A program made the translations under genes and the position numbers. A stretch of DNA of 64,000 nt from the human T2T-CHM13v2.0 reference genome, Homo sapiens. Each line of letters starts with the position of its first letter. Position 1 is the stretch's first letter. Location: NCBI RefSeq assembly GCF_009914755.1, contig NC_060928.1. One strand, written 5' to 3'. The notes under the pieces were generated by a model. The model saw only the letters and a list, made by a program, of their open reading frames with translations. It was not told the DNA's origin and ran no database searches. Shown piece after piece: positions 26,229 to 43,679 of the stretch.

Positions 26229-29200
26229 ACTTGGAGGTCCCATTGAAATCCTTCTCCCTAGTAGCTCAAGCAAAGATCCTAAATTCAAAAATAGTGCAAA
26301 TCACTGAGGCCTCTTGAGCTTCCTGGCTTGGTGGGGGGAATCACTCTGACTGCAATGAAGGGTTATGTCTTCTGTTAGATTTCAGTCCCAGTTTCTTTTT
26401 ATCAAGCTACCAAATGCTAAAAGATCTCCTTTCAAGAACCCTTTGATTATTTGATCAGACTTGAACAAATTTATCCTCAATAGATATCTGCCTTATTACT
26501 ATTGCTTTTTATCCCTGCTGCCTTCATAATTTTCTCATGGGAGTCAAAAAAAGGAAGTTCATAAGAAAGAGAATAAGCACGGGTCCTGTTAAGTCAATTC
26601 ACTGAGCCATCCCTTGGGACTAGATGCCCAGAAGGATTGGTATTGACTAGACAGATATTGCCATAAACTTTATCAAAAGCTTATACAACGATTTGAAGTC
26701 TTGTTTTGTCTGTGAGACACTGATTTTGAATGAGATCTCTTGGTCAAACTTTCCATCTTCCCAAACTGCACATTTATCAGATTTGCCACTGGAGATTACC
26801 TAACCTTTAGTTTGGGGAGCCAAGGGCATGAGGTACACAAACAACTCATTTGACCACCCATTGCCAGATCATTTTGCCTTTGTCTCAGATTAAACCCAAG
26901 TTCATATCCCCTCCAAGCCATATTCCTGCCTCCTACATGTATTTTGCACTATAACTGATACTATGTATCTCTGTCTAAACAGCTTAATTTTACCAACATT
27001 AATTTAGAATTTCAGAGGCCATTTGAGAAACCTTTTGTAAGAACAAAACTGTTCATTTGAGCGGTGCCTTATGGAAAGAGAGTGAAATTCCAAACATTCA
27101 ATGATATGTATGTTCTGATTGATATAAGAAGTCTCACAATAAAAATACAGATTCCACAATTGCTTCAGTAATTGTTCCACAGAAGGCGCAAATGAAAAAA
27201 TGTGAAAAGCTCTTTTTTAGATCTGCCCAAATCACCACTTGACTCAAAAAGCTTTTACCTTTACTATTCCTGTTCTCTCACCCAGTTGCCCTCCAAGTTC
27301 CCCTTCCCTGACACTCTTTCTGATGTCCCTTTTCTTCTGGCCAGCTAGAAACACTAGATGCTCAATTGGCTCTTAAAGTTGACCAAATCAGTATAAGCTC
27401 ATTATGGCAGATTTTAAGCCCTGGGTTGGGTCTAAGCTAAACGTCATTTTCAAAAACTTCCAAAGTCTATGCAAGGTAGGTATAAATTTACAGAGAAATT
27501 TGCAATAGTTCTAGGAACACATAATTCAGGGTTCCCAGTTCTCTATCAACTGATTTATAGGTTATTATCAACCTCAAATGCAACAAAATGTGTTGGAAAA
27601 GGCAGTGTGAATACCTTGAGTATGATTTAAGAGACTCCACATTTCAGAGTAAAACCAGAGGAACTTAAAAAAGCTATAAATTTTAGACAAAACTTTTGGA
27701 GTTTATGCACCAAAACAAAAATGACAGCATTGGAAACCTCAGGGGGATGCTCCATCACACCTATAGAAAACATTCAGGTGTAGGTCCTGGAACATGTGCA
27801 GTGCCAGCTCTTGCTTCACTTTCTCTGAGTGGCCTAATGTCAGAAATAGGGAAATTTAACATACAAGCAAAACTGGAAAGGAAGATCATCCTGTTGCTAG
27901 ACCTCCAAGCCCTCACGGAATGAAACTAAAGGGGAAAAAAAGGAAGTAGGAAATCAGTGACGCTCTTCCAAATGAGGGTCAAGGACTCAGTTTCCTATTT
28001 GCCCTTAAATGCTCAAGGAGAATTTCTGTGTCTTAAAAGGTGGTCTTGTGAATGTTTGATCCTGGCACTATCATATCAACCAAAAGACTTGCCACTGTCA
28101 CATGACCTCTTTCTCAGAGTTAAACAACTCCAGTGGTGGCTATCTCTAATAATCCACAAATTCTCCCTGTTGCATACTGTGCCTGTCATCTTCAGACCTT
28201 ACTGAGGAATGTTCTTCATAATCTGTCACTTTCAGAATGGCAGTTTGTTGTCACCAGTGGACCTCAGGTGGAACCTTGCAAACATTTTTCATTAAATTTT
28301 CCACCTCAAGAAGGACAAATTGATCACTGTACTTTGTCAACATTGGTAGGGTAATTTTATGGAGGTTGCTGAGAATGTCTCCAGTTGCTGGTCTCTTCTG
28401 CACCAGCATAATCTAGTTAAACTGTAAAGGTGGAGGCTGGACAAGAACTCAAGTGTCAGGGTACCTTTGAACCCTTACAAATGGGTTTCATACAGTCACC
28501 TCCTTGGTATGGATTTTGAATATCCTAGTCAATGTTTGCTAATTTCCAAAGTGAGAGGAAACTTTTGTCTGTTAGAAAGGTAGATTCTGACAGTAACAGG
28601 TCGCCCTTTGAAGTTTGGATATTTCTCACCCAATTTAGGGCTCTACCATACTTTGGGCAGACATGGCAAAGCACCACAAGGGACTCACACAATATACTCA
28701 CTCTTATCACCAACAAGTATGGCTTGCATTTTCTTCATATTCTCCCAAGGAATCTTGGCACGACCTGAAAAACAAAGACTTTGTCATCTGGAAAAGACAG
28801 CATAGAAAAAATTCCTAGAAGCCACATTGGAAAGAAATAGCAGATAAATTTGACTAGAACAGCAGTTAAACTTGAGGGTATAGATGCTTGGATTTATGTC
28901 TCCCAGCTAAAAAGACACAAAGTTTGGCCCACTGACAAAAGGACTGACATTCCATTAGAAGATTGAAAATTAGGGATTCTAAAGTATTTTTCAGAAGCCA
29001 GTGGCCCTTGGAATAGAGACAGCTTCTACCACGAAGCTTTGTTTCAAGATGGCAACTGCAGGATGTGGACAGCTTCCACTCAAGACTTACAAAGACTTAC
29101 AAAAGTCTTTGAAGTTTGGATATTTCTTACCCAATTTGGGGTTCTACCATACTTTGGGCAGACATGACAAAGCATTATAAGGGACTCACGCAATATATTC

Positions 29201-29229
29201 AGTCTTATCACCAATAAATACGAACTGCA

Positions 29230-29840
<611 letters not shown>

Positions 29841-30823
29841 ATATGCAGACTTACAAAAGACTTAACAAAATTTACAGTTTTACAAGACTTACAAAACTAG
29901 ATTTTAATGGCTGGCGTTTTTTTCCTTCTATATTTTCTTTCATCATTGAAGGCTCAAAAGTCTGGGTAGTTAACCAATGGTTGTTATTTCTTACCCAGTA
30001 AAAATTCATGTTCTCTAACTTGAATATTGCTTTCTGTATCTTTAGTCATTCCTTGATATGACAACTCAGATATCAAGAGAAATGTATGCATGATGTGGCC
30101 AAAACCAACAATCAAGCACACTTTTCCCTATGAGTGCCAACCTGCTAGTACCAATCATTTGTTATGAAATACTTGATTTCATTCATAACTGGACTCAACC
30201 ACTAACTGAATTTTTATGTGAAAGAGAACACAACAGAGCAGGTAACCAAAATCAAAACCTCCCTGGAAAGAAAGGTTTCTGCCTCCACTGAAATCATACT
30301 CAAGGATCCTTTCTCAAAGATAACATCTGCAAACAAACTTTCATGGAGAAAAGCCTCAGAAAGGGAACAAGGAACAGATGGTTTGTATTTAAGATCTGAC
30401 TCAGATTTACAAACCTTACAATGAAGGCTTACTATGGAAGTAACTCTTTTGGTTGTCTATCATATATACCCTGGGTGACCTTTGTTGAACCTCTTTTTGT
30501 CACATAGGGTTTATGTGAATACTAAATTAGTTAATATGTGTAAGGAACTTAAAATAATATTTAGTATCTAGTAACCTCTCAATAAACTTTGGATAAAGCA
30601 TTAATAATTGTAGATGTGTTATTGTGTGTTATTAATATCATGTCTGATATACTAATCTTTATTTCTTCCTTATATTTACGACATTTTTTCTGTTGTTTTA
30701 CCCTTGTATTTAAGTGACTATTCAAATGGTATCAGATTTGAACATTGACTTTCTTTTTTAAGCAACTTGAAAATGTCATTCTATTGTATTCCCTCATCAA
30801 ATATTGTACCAAGAAATCTAAGC

Positions 30824-31050
30824 ATAATAATAGTTTATAGCCATATTATGTCCCTTATGTATCTGACTGTATTTTTAGGGGTGCTACAAATTCTAATGTA
30901 TTTGTTACTCCCCCAAATCTTATGATATAGAAATTATTATAATCTATATTATGTCAACAAGAAAACTGAGCTATGAAGAAGTTAAGTATCTTGTTTAATG
31001 TTTCAGAGCTAGTTTTTGACTGAGCCTAAACTCAGGGGATTAGGCACTGC
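30824..31050 (-). mobile_element. MIR remnant (its first ~160 bp are duplicated at 31365-31527)
   Basis: gaaaactgagctatgaagaagttaagtatcttgtttaatgtttcagagctag core. Confidence 0.65.
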
Positions 31051-31227
31051 CCTCTCCTTCCCCTTTATGAATATAAACATGATACTTTTCCTTGTTAGAT
31101 GGTTAGCCATTCTTGTTGGAAAATTTTAGAACATTTTCTTTGTTTTTTATTATATTGAATTTTACCATTGTTTGTCCATAGGGAATTATTCATAACTTCT
31201 TTAGCACAGTTGCTGCCCTTTTAATCA

Positions 31228-31262
<35 letters not shown>

Positions 31263-31265
31263 TGT
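31228..31265 (+). repeat. (TG)n microsatellite
   Basis: Direct reading. Confidence 0.95.
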
Positions 31266-31529
31266 AATTTCGAAGAAATTATTAGTCAAATAATCTATAC
31301 AAAGTATCTCTCTTGTTATAGTTCTCTAGAATTTCTTGCATACAGATATTGACATTTTACCTTTATAATAATAGCTTATAGCCATATTGTGCCTACTCTG
31401 TGTCTGGCTATATTTTTAGGGATGTTGCAAATTCTCATATATTTAGTACTCCCCAAAATATTATTATATAGAAATTACTATAATCTCTATATATATATCA
31501 ACAAGGACACTGAGTTATGGAGAAGCTCA

Positions 31530-34130
<2,601 letters not shown>

Positions 34131-35199
34131 AAATGTGACTATGTAACATACTGTTGGGAAAAGAAGATATTTTGAGAATAAAAAAGGGCTATAATGATAA
34201 TTACACTGGAACAATAGGAATAAACCCAAATTGTCCTGAGAGCATATATTCAATCCATGTTGAAAATGGTGGTGAAATATTTTTCTCTTGCATAATAGGG
34301 CCTGTGGGTAAGAAGTACATGCTGATTGTGGTGGCTCTGCTTTCCCCAGGGCTACAGGGTTAGTAAGGCTTTCTGCTTTGCCACATGGCTCCTATCTCAG
34401 GATTGCCTCATGCTCACAAGACAGAAGACATCACATGCAGGGTCTAGATTTCTCATTCTCACTTACCATTCCATCACTGAATCCCACATATGTTGCTTCT
34501 TCAAACTGGCATATTGAACAAGGAAGATTTGTGGTGTGTAACTAGAAAACAACTGTATTTTTTCCCTACCACATACTCACGTTTACTTTTGCCAATTGAA
34601 TCAAAATTATGATGAGCCCAATGAGTTGTTTAATTATTCCTAGGTGATAAAAAGTCTCCCTGTTCCCTCTAGACATAGAAACAGTCTGAGTTTTGTAATT
34701 TATTATCCTAATTCAGTTTAACAATAATATCTGAAAAAGAATTCCTGTCTTTGCTAAAAATCACAGCTTTTATCCTCTCCCTAATGGTATTAAAGTCTCA
34801 CCACCAACAACAGAAAAGCAGTAGTTCTCATTGTTTTACTTTGCTACCCCTCCACCTCCTTTTGCTAGCTACCTTTTCTGATGCCTTCAAGTCACTGTAA
34901 GAGAAAGAAAAAGAGGAAGGTAGAGGGGCAAAGAAATAGGAGGAAAATTACTTCCTCACTTTTACTATTACTAGCCTAATGCTGTGCCTTCGGTATTCTT
35001 TAATTGAAAGCACAGTATTAGGCTAGTAAAAGTCAGGAAATAATTTTCATTCAGGTTGCAGATGTTTAGAGCTAACTCTCTTGGATTATTTTGGTTTTCT
35101 GAAAACCCTCTTATCACTGGAGGTATTACACCTGCAGTTTGCTTGAACTGCATGGATTCATTAATTTTCCAACTGAGGGCTTATGCCATTTCTCAGCCA

Positions 35200-36240
35200 G
35201 ATCACATAGTGCCGTGTAGGACTTGTTAAGGATATGAATTTTAGGGAAATTAATGAGAAGTCAAACATTGGTCCTAGAACGGACCAAGGATGGAGAGTGG
35301 CATAATCAAACTTACACTTTTAAGTGAATACACTGACTACAGTGACAAAAATAGACCGGAAGAGTTTTTGAGCAAATAAAAGTCAGAATACAATTGTGAG
35401 AATTCAGTCCAGAGAGGATCATAAGTTTAATGAGAGTACTGGCAGTAGATGTGGAAATAGGTGGATAGACTCAGGAGAGTTAAAGTTTACAGAATTGTCT
35501 GTTTTATTGGGCATAGGAATGAACAAGAAGAAAGTTGTAGGGCTAAATGTCACGTTTAAAGCTTTTGCCATTGGATTGATGGGAGCGCCATTCAGCAAGA
35601 TATGAAAGCTGAATAGGACCAAGTTATGCAGGGAGATTGCAAGTTCCACATTAGATATGTGGAGTTTCAGTTACCAGTGATGCATCCACATGGGAATATC
35701 GGATACTTAGCCGATGATATAATAGACTGGAGCCCAGAAGAGGGGCCTGGTTTGAAGACACACATTTGAGAGACATCAATGCATGCTAATTAGAGCTGGG
35801 GGAGTGAAGCTAATTATCCTGAGAGAAGGAATAAAGAGAATGGAAAAGCCTGAGACCAATCCTTGGCAAACACTATCATAAAAGCCAGGAAGAGGAGGAT
35901 GAGCCCACAAAGGCATGTGACAAGTGGACTAGGAGTTAGAAGGAAAGCTGAGAAACTGGGTTGTCCCAGATGTCAAAGGATGAGAGTAGAGGAGGATAGA
36001 CGTAGCCACTGGCAATGTAAAATCCTGCCAATTAAGTAAGATGAGCTCTGGCAAAAACTCACTGGATTTCTCTGCTGCTCGCATTTAAATATTTTGTTGT
36101 AATGTTGGACGCATAAGGCAGATTGCAGTAGGTTGAAAAGGGAAAGGAAAACAAGGAAATAAAGACAATGAGCATGGAAAATGCTTTTGGAACGAAAATA
36201 CGAGGGGAAGGGTTAAGTGGTAGCTGGTGTGGGAACTGAT
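35200..36240 (-). mobile_element. L2 remnant
   Basis: tagatatgtggagtttcag..atagactggagcccagaagaggggcctggtttgaagacacacatttgagagacatca, a purine-rich antisense L2 signature. Confidence 0.7.
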
Positions 36241-36544
36241 GTCAAATGTTGATATATTCATCTTTAATTAAATATGATGTGTGCGTTGCAATTATGTTTT
36301 TAAAGAATATGGACTTTCATGGGCAGATATGCAGGATAAAGTGAGAAATAAAATAGGAATGCACTCAAATATACATATATAAATATTATTCTAATTGTTA
36401 ACTGTACAAGCAAAGAAAAAATGACTAAGAAAATACAGTAAGTTTTTAACAGTTTATCTCTTGAAAGTAGGTTGGAGAATGACTTTTTCTTGTATTGTTC
36501 TTTGTGTATTTCACAAAATATATACATAGTTAATAAATACTAAA

Positions 36545-37042
36545 TCAATATATACTAATTGTGTATATACAGTACATGTATATTATATATAGTATACAGG
36601 TATATAGTATATGTATACATATGCCATATATACACACTATATACTTATATAGAGAATATGTACTATATACATATATACATTATATACACATGCTATATAT
36701 ACATACTATATACATATATAGTACACATATATACTATATATAATGTGTATATATAGCATATGTATAGAGTATATAGTATATACATGTAGATTATATGTAT
36801 ATACTCTATATAGATATATATATGTATATACTATATACTCTTATGTATGTATATATATACTCTATATGTACATACTCTATATAGAGCATATTGTACGCTA
36901 TATGTATATACTATATACTCTATACATATGTATATGTACAGATATACATATATGTATATAGTGTGTATATATAGCATATGTATACATATATACATAAGGG
37001 TATGTATGTATATACTGTATAAATATACATATCCTATATATA
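36545..37042. repeat. ~500-bp degenerate (TA)-rich low-complexity tract
   Basis: TATA/TACA/TATG units throughout. Confidence 0.95.
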
Positions 37043-37130
37043 GTCACAATTAGTACATATTGCTTTAACATTTATTTTAAAAACATTCTTTCTCTGAGAC
37101 AATAAATATGTGTGAAATTGCTAACATGTA

Positions 37131-37683
37131 TGTTAGAAATAAATTTTCAGTGCCGCAAAAGAAATAGCACTGAAACATGAATTTTCTCAGCAAGGCAATT
37201 TTACTTCTATAGAAGGGTGCATCTCATGGATGGAGCAATGGTGAGAGCACACCTGAACATGGGAGGGGAAGGGGTTCTTATTCTGACACAGATAGCCCCT
37301 ACTGCTGTGTCATTCCCTTATTGGCTAGGGTTGGACCGCACAGTCTAAACTAATTCCGATTGACTGTTTTAAAGAGAGTGGGGTATGAGCCAGAGTGGCG
37401 GGGTGAGCAGTTTCAACGGGAAGGATGGTTACAGAACAGGTAACTAAAAGTGACTCAGGTCAGAGTAGGTGACGAGGGGTGACTCAGGATGGAGCAGGTG
37501 ACCAGGGAAACAGATGTGAACTACTGATTAGAACTGGTGGAAAGGTTTTTTACTGAAACTAGGGACAAGGAGACAAAGAGAACAAGGAACTTAAACTTTA
37601 AAATGAAGAACAAAGGACAAGAAACTTCACATACTGACATACTGATTCTTTGAAGAGAAACTTGGAACTCACTGTATTTAACA
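37131..37683 (-). mobile_element. Solo LTR10-family LTR (ERV1/HERV-I) with perfect 5-bp TSD
   Basis: TGTTA...TAACA termini; TSD atgta at 37126-37130 and 37684-37688. The minus strand reads tgttaaatacagtgagttccaagtttctcttcaaagaatcagtatgtcagtatg...gtgctatttcttttgcggcactgaa, as in LTR10. Confidence 0.88.
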
Positions 37684-39114
37684 ATGTAGAACACTAATTA
37701 AAGATAAAGCTTTATATAAATTCCTGAATGAGCATAAGCATAGTAAAAACTATAGTAATTTTGCAAGAAGCAATCAAGATTGGAGGGAAATGAGAAGAAA
37801 TAACCATGAAGGAAGTAAAAACTAGGCTTCGCAGGACCAGTGGGGAATTGGAAAAGCAAGACCATGAGAAAAGAGCAATCTACATGTTCTGGGGAAAGGT
37901 GCTGGAATGGAGGCAGTACACAGATTGGAATTAAACACGGTGGAGTTGGGTAGAAAGGTGGAGATGCATGTGGAAGCATGTAAGATGACATTGCAAAATG
38001 TGGGGAGAAAGGAAGCCAAATTAGAGTTAGCTGAAATTTAGAAGACACTTGATATTGACCATAAGTTTAGTTACTACTCTGATTGTAATGACCACCCTCT
38101 GATAAATTTTAAACAGTAAAGTGACATGATAAGAAGAGCATTTTTGAAGAATGAATTTTTATCATTATTTAGGCCAGAACAGAGGTATGTTAGGAGATAG
38201 AGAAAATGAATTTAAAGGTAGAGAAACAGGATAAAATAATTTCCCCGAAAACTTACAGGACAGATGGCAAAGAACTAAACTAGGTTGATTATGTGAGTTT
38301 GAACTTAAAAAGGATCGCTAGAGACTATGAGTAAATGAGGGTACTGTTCCTTATTGAAGATCTACTATGTGAAAGTGGGAGAAATCAAATTTTCACAATC
38401 ATCATCTTAGTTTCTCCTAGCAATCCAGTGGGGTGCTTATTACGTTTCCTATGGATGAGGAAACAGAGTAATATTAATATTCATTTGGCTGAGTTCATAC
38501 TCTTCTGCAAAACTTAGGTGTGTATCTCCAGAATTTGTCTTATTTTTCTACTCAGCACATTATATAGAGCCCTGTGAAGACATAAAAGTCAAACCAAAGT
38601 ATAGAGAAGTAGGGAGAAATAACTTTTGGATCTGTTGAAATTGGAGTGCAGCAGGATATATAGGGGACCACAGAACTACTTTTGGTTAGCGTCCAAGTCT
38701 TTTTCATTGTTTTGGGTTTGCTTTTTTTTTTGGCGGGAGCAACATCAATAAACTAAGGTATACCACACACACACAATTCAGTAGCTTTCTTAATGCCATT
38801 TCTGGAATTCAAGCCAAAGATTTTAACCCAAAAATATTGATGGAAATTCCTTCATTCCTTTATTCCTTCTTTCTTCCCTTCCTCGTTCCCTTCCCTCCTC
38901 CCTGCCTTCCTTCTTTTCTACCCATCCACTTTCCTCCTTTCCAGCCTCCTTTTTTCTTGTATAACTATTTTCCCTTATCTGACTGTGGAGCCCTTCTTCT
39001 ATCTATTAATGATTTCTATTTCTCCCTATTTTTCTAAGAGAATTTATGGCAGTTTATAATATGACAGTTTTATTGTTGCTTTATATTATTCTGTTGATAT
39101 TGTTTTTTGATATA

Positions 39115-39295
39115 CAAACTTTTTTTTCATATTTTTATGAAGTCTAATGTGTCTTTTTTTTTGGTTGTCTGTGCTTTTGGTGCCATATCAAGAAATCATT
39201 GCCAGTTCAACATTGTGAAGCTTTTTCCCTGTGTTTAATTCCAAGAGTTTTATAGTATTAGATCTTATATTTAGGTCTTTGATCAATTTTGAGTA
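39115..39295 (-). mobile_element. L1 ORF2 fragment
   Basis: The ORF at 39188-39403 contains SKLIKDLNIRSNTIKLLELNTGKKL (L1 ORF2-like). Confidence 0.75.
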
Positions 39296-39984
39296 AACAG
39301 TATATAAACTAAAATCAATTAATATTAATAAAATAAGATTAGGATAATAAGATGAAGAATGACTAAAGAAGAAGTAATTAAAAGTACGTGAAATTAATGT
39401 CAAATATATTTGAGTGAATTAGTTTATCAGAGATTTTTATGTGTAGTCATCCAAATGGTTATTTGCATTTAAAGATAACCTTAAGTTCATGACAGAGTAT
39501 ATTTAGCCATCTGTTTTTTAATAGGTTATTTTTAAGACTTCAGTTTTAAAGAAAACAATAAGGTTTTTATAGGAATTTCATTATAACAAACTGGCACACA
39601 TATAAATACATTGTTGTTTAAAATTAGAATGATTTCATCCATAGTTATTATGTTTTAGAATACAGATAAGCTGCAAAAGAAATCACAGGAAATGCCTCTT
39701 TTCTGAAAGAACACCATAAAACACCGTAGATAACATCACTCGCTTTTTGTACTGAATAGGTCATTTAGAGTTGACAGCATACGTGAATAATTACATTTCA
39801 TCTTATATTTTCTCTATAATAATGAAATGTTTAGTAAAAATAACATTTATTTTGAAAGAAATTCACAGAATATTGCAGTGTTTAAAAATGACAATCATGT
39901 CTAAGAAGGCATCAATAATTCTGAATGTCTATAAAGTAGTTTGCACAAAAGTCAAGCTGGTAAACAAAATTTCTTTAAAGTTAT

Positions 39985-40755
39985 TGCATCAATTTTCATA
40001 AGGAATATTGTCTATAGTATTCCTTTCTTGCAGTGCTTTGTCAGGCTTTGGTATGAAGTAATGCTGGCCTCATAGGAGTTAGAAAATGTTGCCTCATCTG
40101 CAATTTATTGAGAAAGTTTTGGAAGGATTATTATTAGTTATTTAAATGTTTGCTAGAATTCACTGTTGAAGCCATCAAGTCCAGAACTTTTTTGTTCAGG
40201 AGATTTTTGATTAGTGATTCAATCTTCTTACTAGTTACAGATCTATTCGCATTTTCTATTTCTTCATGCTTTAGCCTTCGTAGGTTTTGTATTTCTAGGA
40301 ATTTGTCTATTTCATCTAGGTTATCCAACTTGTTGGTGTACAGTTGTTCATACTATTCTCTTATAATCCTTCTTACTTCTGTAGAATCAGTAGTAATGTC
40401 CCCACTTTTATTCTGATTTTAGCAATTTAAGTCTTCTCCTTTTTTCTTAGTCTGTCTAGCTAAAAGCTTTATCAATTTTGTTTATCTTTTCTAAAAACCA
40501 ACTTTTGGTTTCACTGATCTTCTCTATTTTTCTATTCCCTATTTCACTGATCTCTGCACCTAGCTTTATTATTTACTTCCTTCTTCTAGCATTGTGTTTA
40601 ATTTGTTCTTTTTCTAGTTCTTTAAATTGTAAATTTAGGTTGTTGATTTGAGATTTTTTTTGTATTTTTTGATAAATGCATTTACACCTATAAATTTTCC
40701 CCTTAGAACTTGTTTTGCTGCATCTCATAAATTTTAGGATGTTGTGTTTATAATT
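39985..40755 (-). mobile_element. L1M ORF2 fragment, antisense
   Basis: The ORF at 40134-40328, DNLDEIDKFLEIQNLRRLKHEEIENANRSVTSKKIESLIKNL, matches L1 ORF2. Confidence 0.88.
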
Positions 40756-41110
40756 CCATTTATTGAAATTCTAGAATAGGCAGACAAAACTAATTTAAGG
40801 AGAGAATCAGAACAGTTGCCTTGAGAGAGGTGTAATTGACAAGGGGAACATAATCATTGTCTGGAAAGGTAGAAATGTTCTATACCATAATGGATTTGGG
40901 TCTACATAGCTGTATACATTTATGAAAATTTTACAGCTAAAATTTCAGTACATTCAGTGCATGTATCTTACACCTAAAATAGACTTATAATAATAGTAAT
41001 TGTCATTATTCTTAACCATAACATAATTATCATTAATACTATTGTTGTTGATATTATTGAGTGGCAGGTGGGGAATCAATCAAAGTATAGATTTAAGCAT
41101 AGCAGAACGT

Positions 41111-41408
41111 GGCTGCCCATGGTGGGTCATGCCTGTAATTCCAGTGCTTTAGGAGGCTGAAGCAGGAAGATTGCTTAAACCCAGGAGTTTGAGACCAGCC
41201 TGGGCAACATAGCAAGACCCCATCTCTACAAAAAAATTTTAAAAGGTAGCCTGGCATGGTGGTGCACACCTGTGGTCCCAGCTACTATTCTGGAGGCCAA
41301 GGCAGGAGGATCTCTTGAACCTAGGAATTTGAGGCTGTAGTGAACAATGATTGCACAATTGCACTCCAGCCTGGGTGACACAGTGAACCCTGTCTTTAAA
41401 AAAAAAAT
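41111..41408 (+). mobile_element. AluJ
   Basis: AluJ diagnostics; TSD atag(c/t)agaa(c/t)gt. Confidence 0.92.
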
Positions 41409-42374
41409 AGTAGAATGTTTATAAATATTGAAGCTAAGTAATGACAAATGGGTATTCATTATATTCTGTTTACCTTCTATGGTATGATCTAACATAAAAC
41501 AAAATAATGAAATTAATAATCTAAGGATTAACTCTCCAAAATTATTATGTTATGATATTCCAGAAAAGACCACATACACATTATATACAAATCCATCTAT
41601 GCTTCAATCAGTATTTTATAAAGCTAATCTGACCCTTGGGAAAGTTCTAGAGTAAGCTGTTTTTATTACTTTATTTCCCATTTATGTAGACTAGTATACA
41701 GTACAAACTATAACAACTCTGAATGGTTATGCCAAGAATTATTAAATGTATCACTATCCCTCAAGCCTTCTGAGTGCCACATTCTATTATAAATGTGAAT
41801 TCGATTATACTTTCTTGTTCCTTACAATTCATAATGATTGCTGCCTGTGTGTAATTATATTAAACATGATTTCAAATTGAAACTATAATTCTAGTTTGCA
41901 AAATGTAAGAGTTTATGTCTCATGGTTTTCAATTATTCATGTTATACTTCAGCCACAGTCCTTACTTGATTGTAATCTACCAATCTCACCTCAAATAAAA
42001 TTGCAGACATAAAGTCAAAACAAGAAATTGGTGTATTATGAAATCATAAAACATTAATGAGACATGATATCTGCAAAACATTATGAGGTCATGGTTATTA
42101 TTTATAACTTCCTCCATCTCTCTGTATTTCACATTTGCTTTGTTCTCAGAAAACATTGTAACTGGTCAGGATTCAATATCAGGTAATATAACCTAAACCT
42201 TCATTGCCAAAAATTCTGAGTGCTTGCTGGTCCTATCTGTGTGGAGTTGCAGTACCCATCAGTGAACGTATAAGGCAGTACTAAGAGGTGCTTGTACAAC
42301 CTCAATTCTCAAAGGGTAGTCCTCCAACAAACAGCCTGAGCATCATCTAGGAATTTGTTAGAAATTTTGGATCT

Positions 42375-42717
<343 letters not shown>

Positions 42718-43679
42718 TTAACTCTGCATTTTAAACAGATTCTCCAGGCGATTCCTCATTAATGGCTTGTCAAACACTTCCCAAGTGTAGATAATCATTT
42801 GAGTCTTTGATACTGAGTTCTGTGACTCTATTTTATAGCAGCAATCGTGTTTCCCCTCAGTAATCCTTATATATCCTAACGAACTTGGTAGCACCTGATG
42901 ATCACATTTACTATTATATTTATGAGACATTCATGCAAAATGGAAGTTAAGGGTGCGTCCAGTCAAAGGCAGAGTAGGACGCTCTCTAGGTGGAGAGAAT
43001 TGAGGGGTTGATAAACCCTCAAATATTCCCACTGTGCTACAGAAGCTTGGCATTTCTTTTAAGGCAGGGGTGTTGAAAGCAACCATACTCTGCATAACGC
43101 CAGGGTGCTGCTAAGCATCTTCTACAGCCACTGTGTACGGTAAAAGGCAAAGCTAACAGGGCTGGACTCTAGAGCCCCAGTGCTTCAACTGGGGTAACCC
43201 CTACTGTGTCCATGTGTTATATTAGAGATTCACTTAACTTTTCTTTGGAAAAACAGTTTCTGCTAAATAAAATTAAAAATTGAAAATCTCTAGGTTGGCA
43301 TATGACCAGGAGGTCATCAAATTACATACGGTTCTCAGGAAAGGTAACATATTAACCCATAATCATGTACTGCTTCCGAGAAAGAATCCATTAATCAGGT
43401 TGGTTACTTGAGAGAACAGCGTGCTAAACAATTAAAACCAGAACATTTACTTTTAATGGCTTGATAAAATTGGCTTGATAAAACTGACCCAATTTTAATA
43501 TGTAATAAGAAAACTTGGACAGTCAGATAATTATTTGTGAAGCCAGGGAAATGGAAAGAAAAGTATTGATTAAGAGGACTATATATGTGTATGCATGTGT
43601 ATCAATATAGATATAGATACTGAATTTCAGATTTTTAAAAAAACTAAATTTCCTCCTTTTAAAAATGTTCTTTTGACTT

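Noticed and set aside
36559-37053. Tyr/Ile-rich ORFs
   Set aside because: Translation of a (TA)-rich low-complexity tract.
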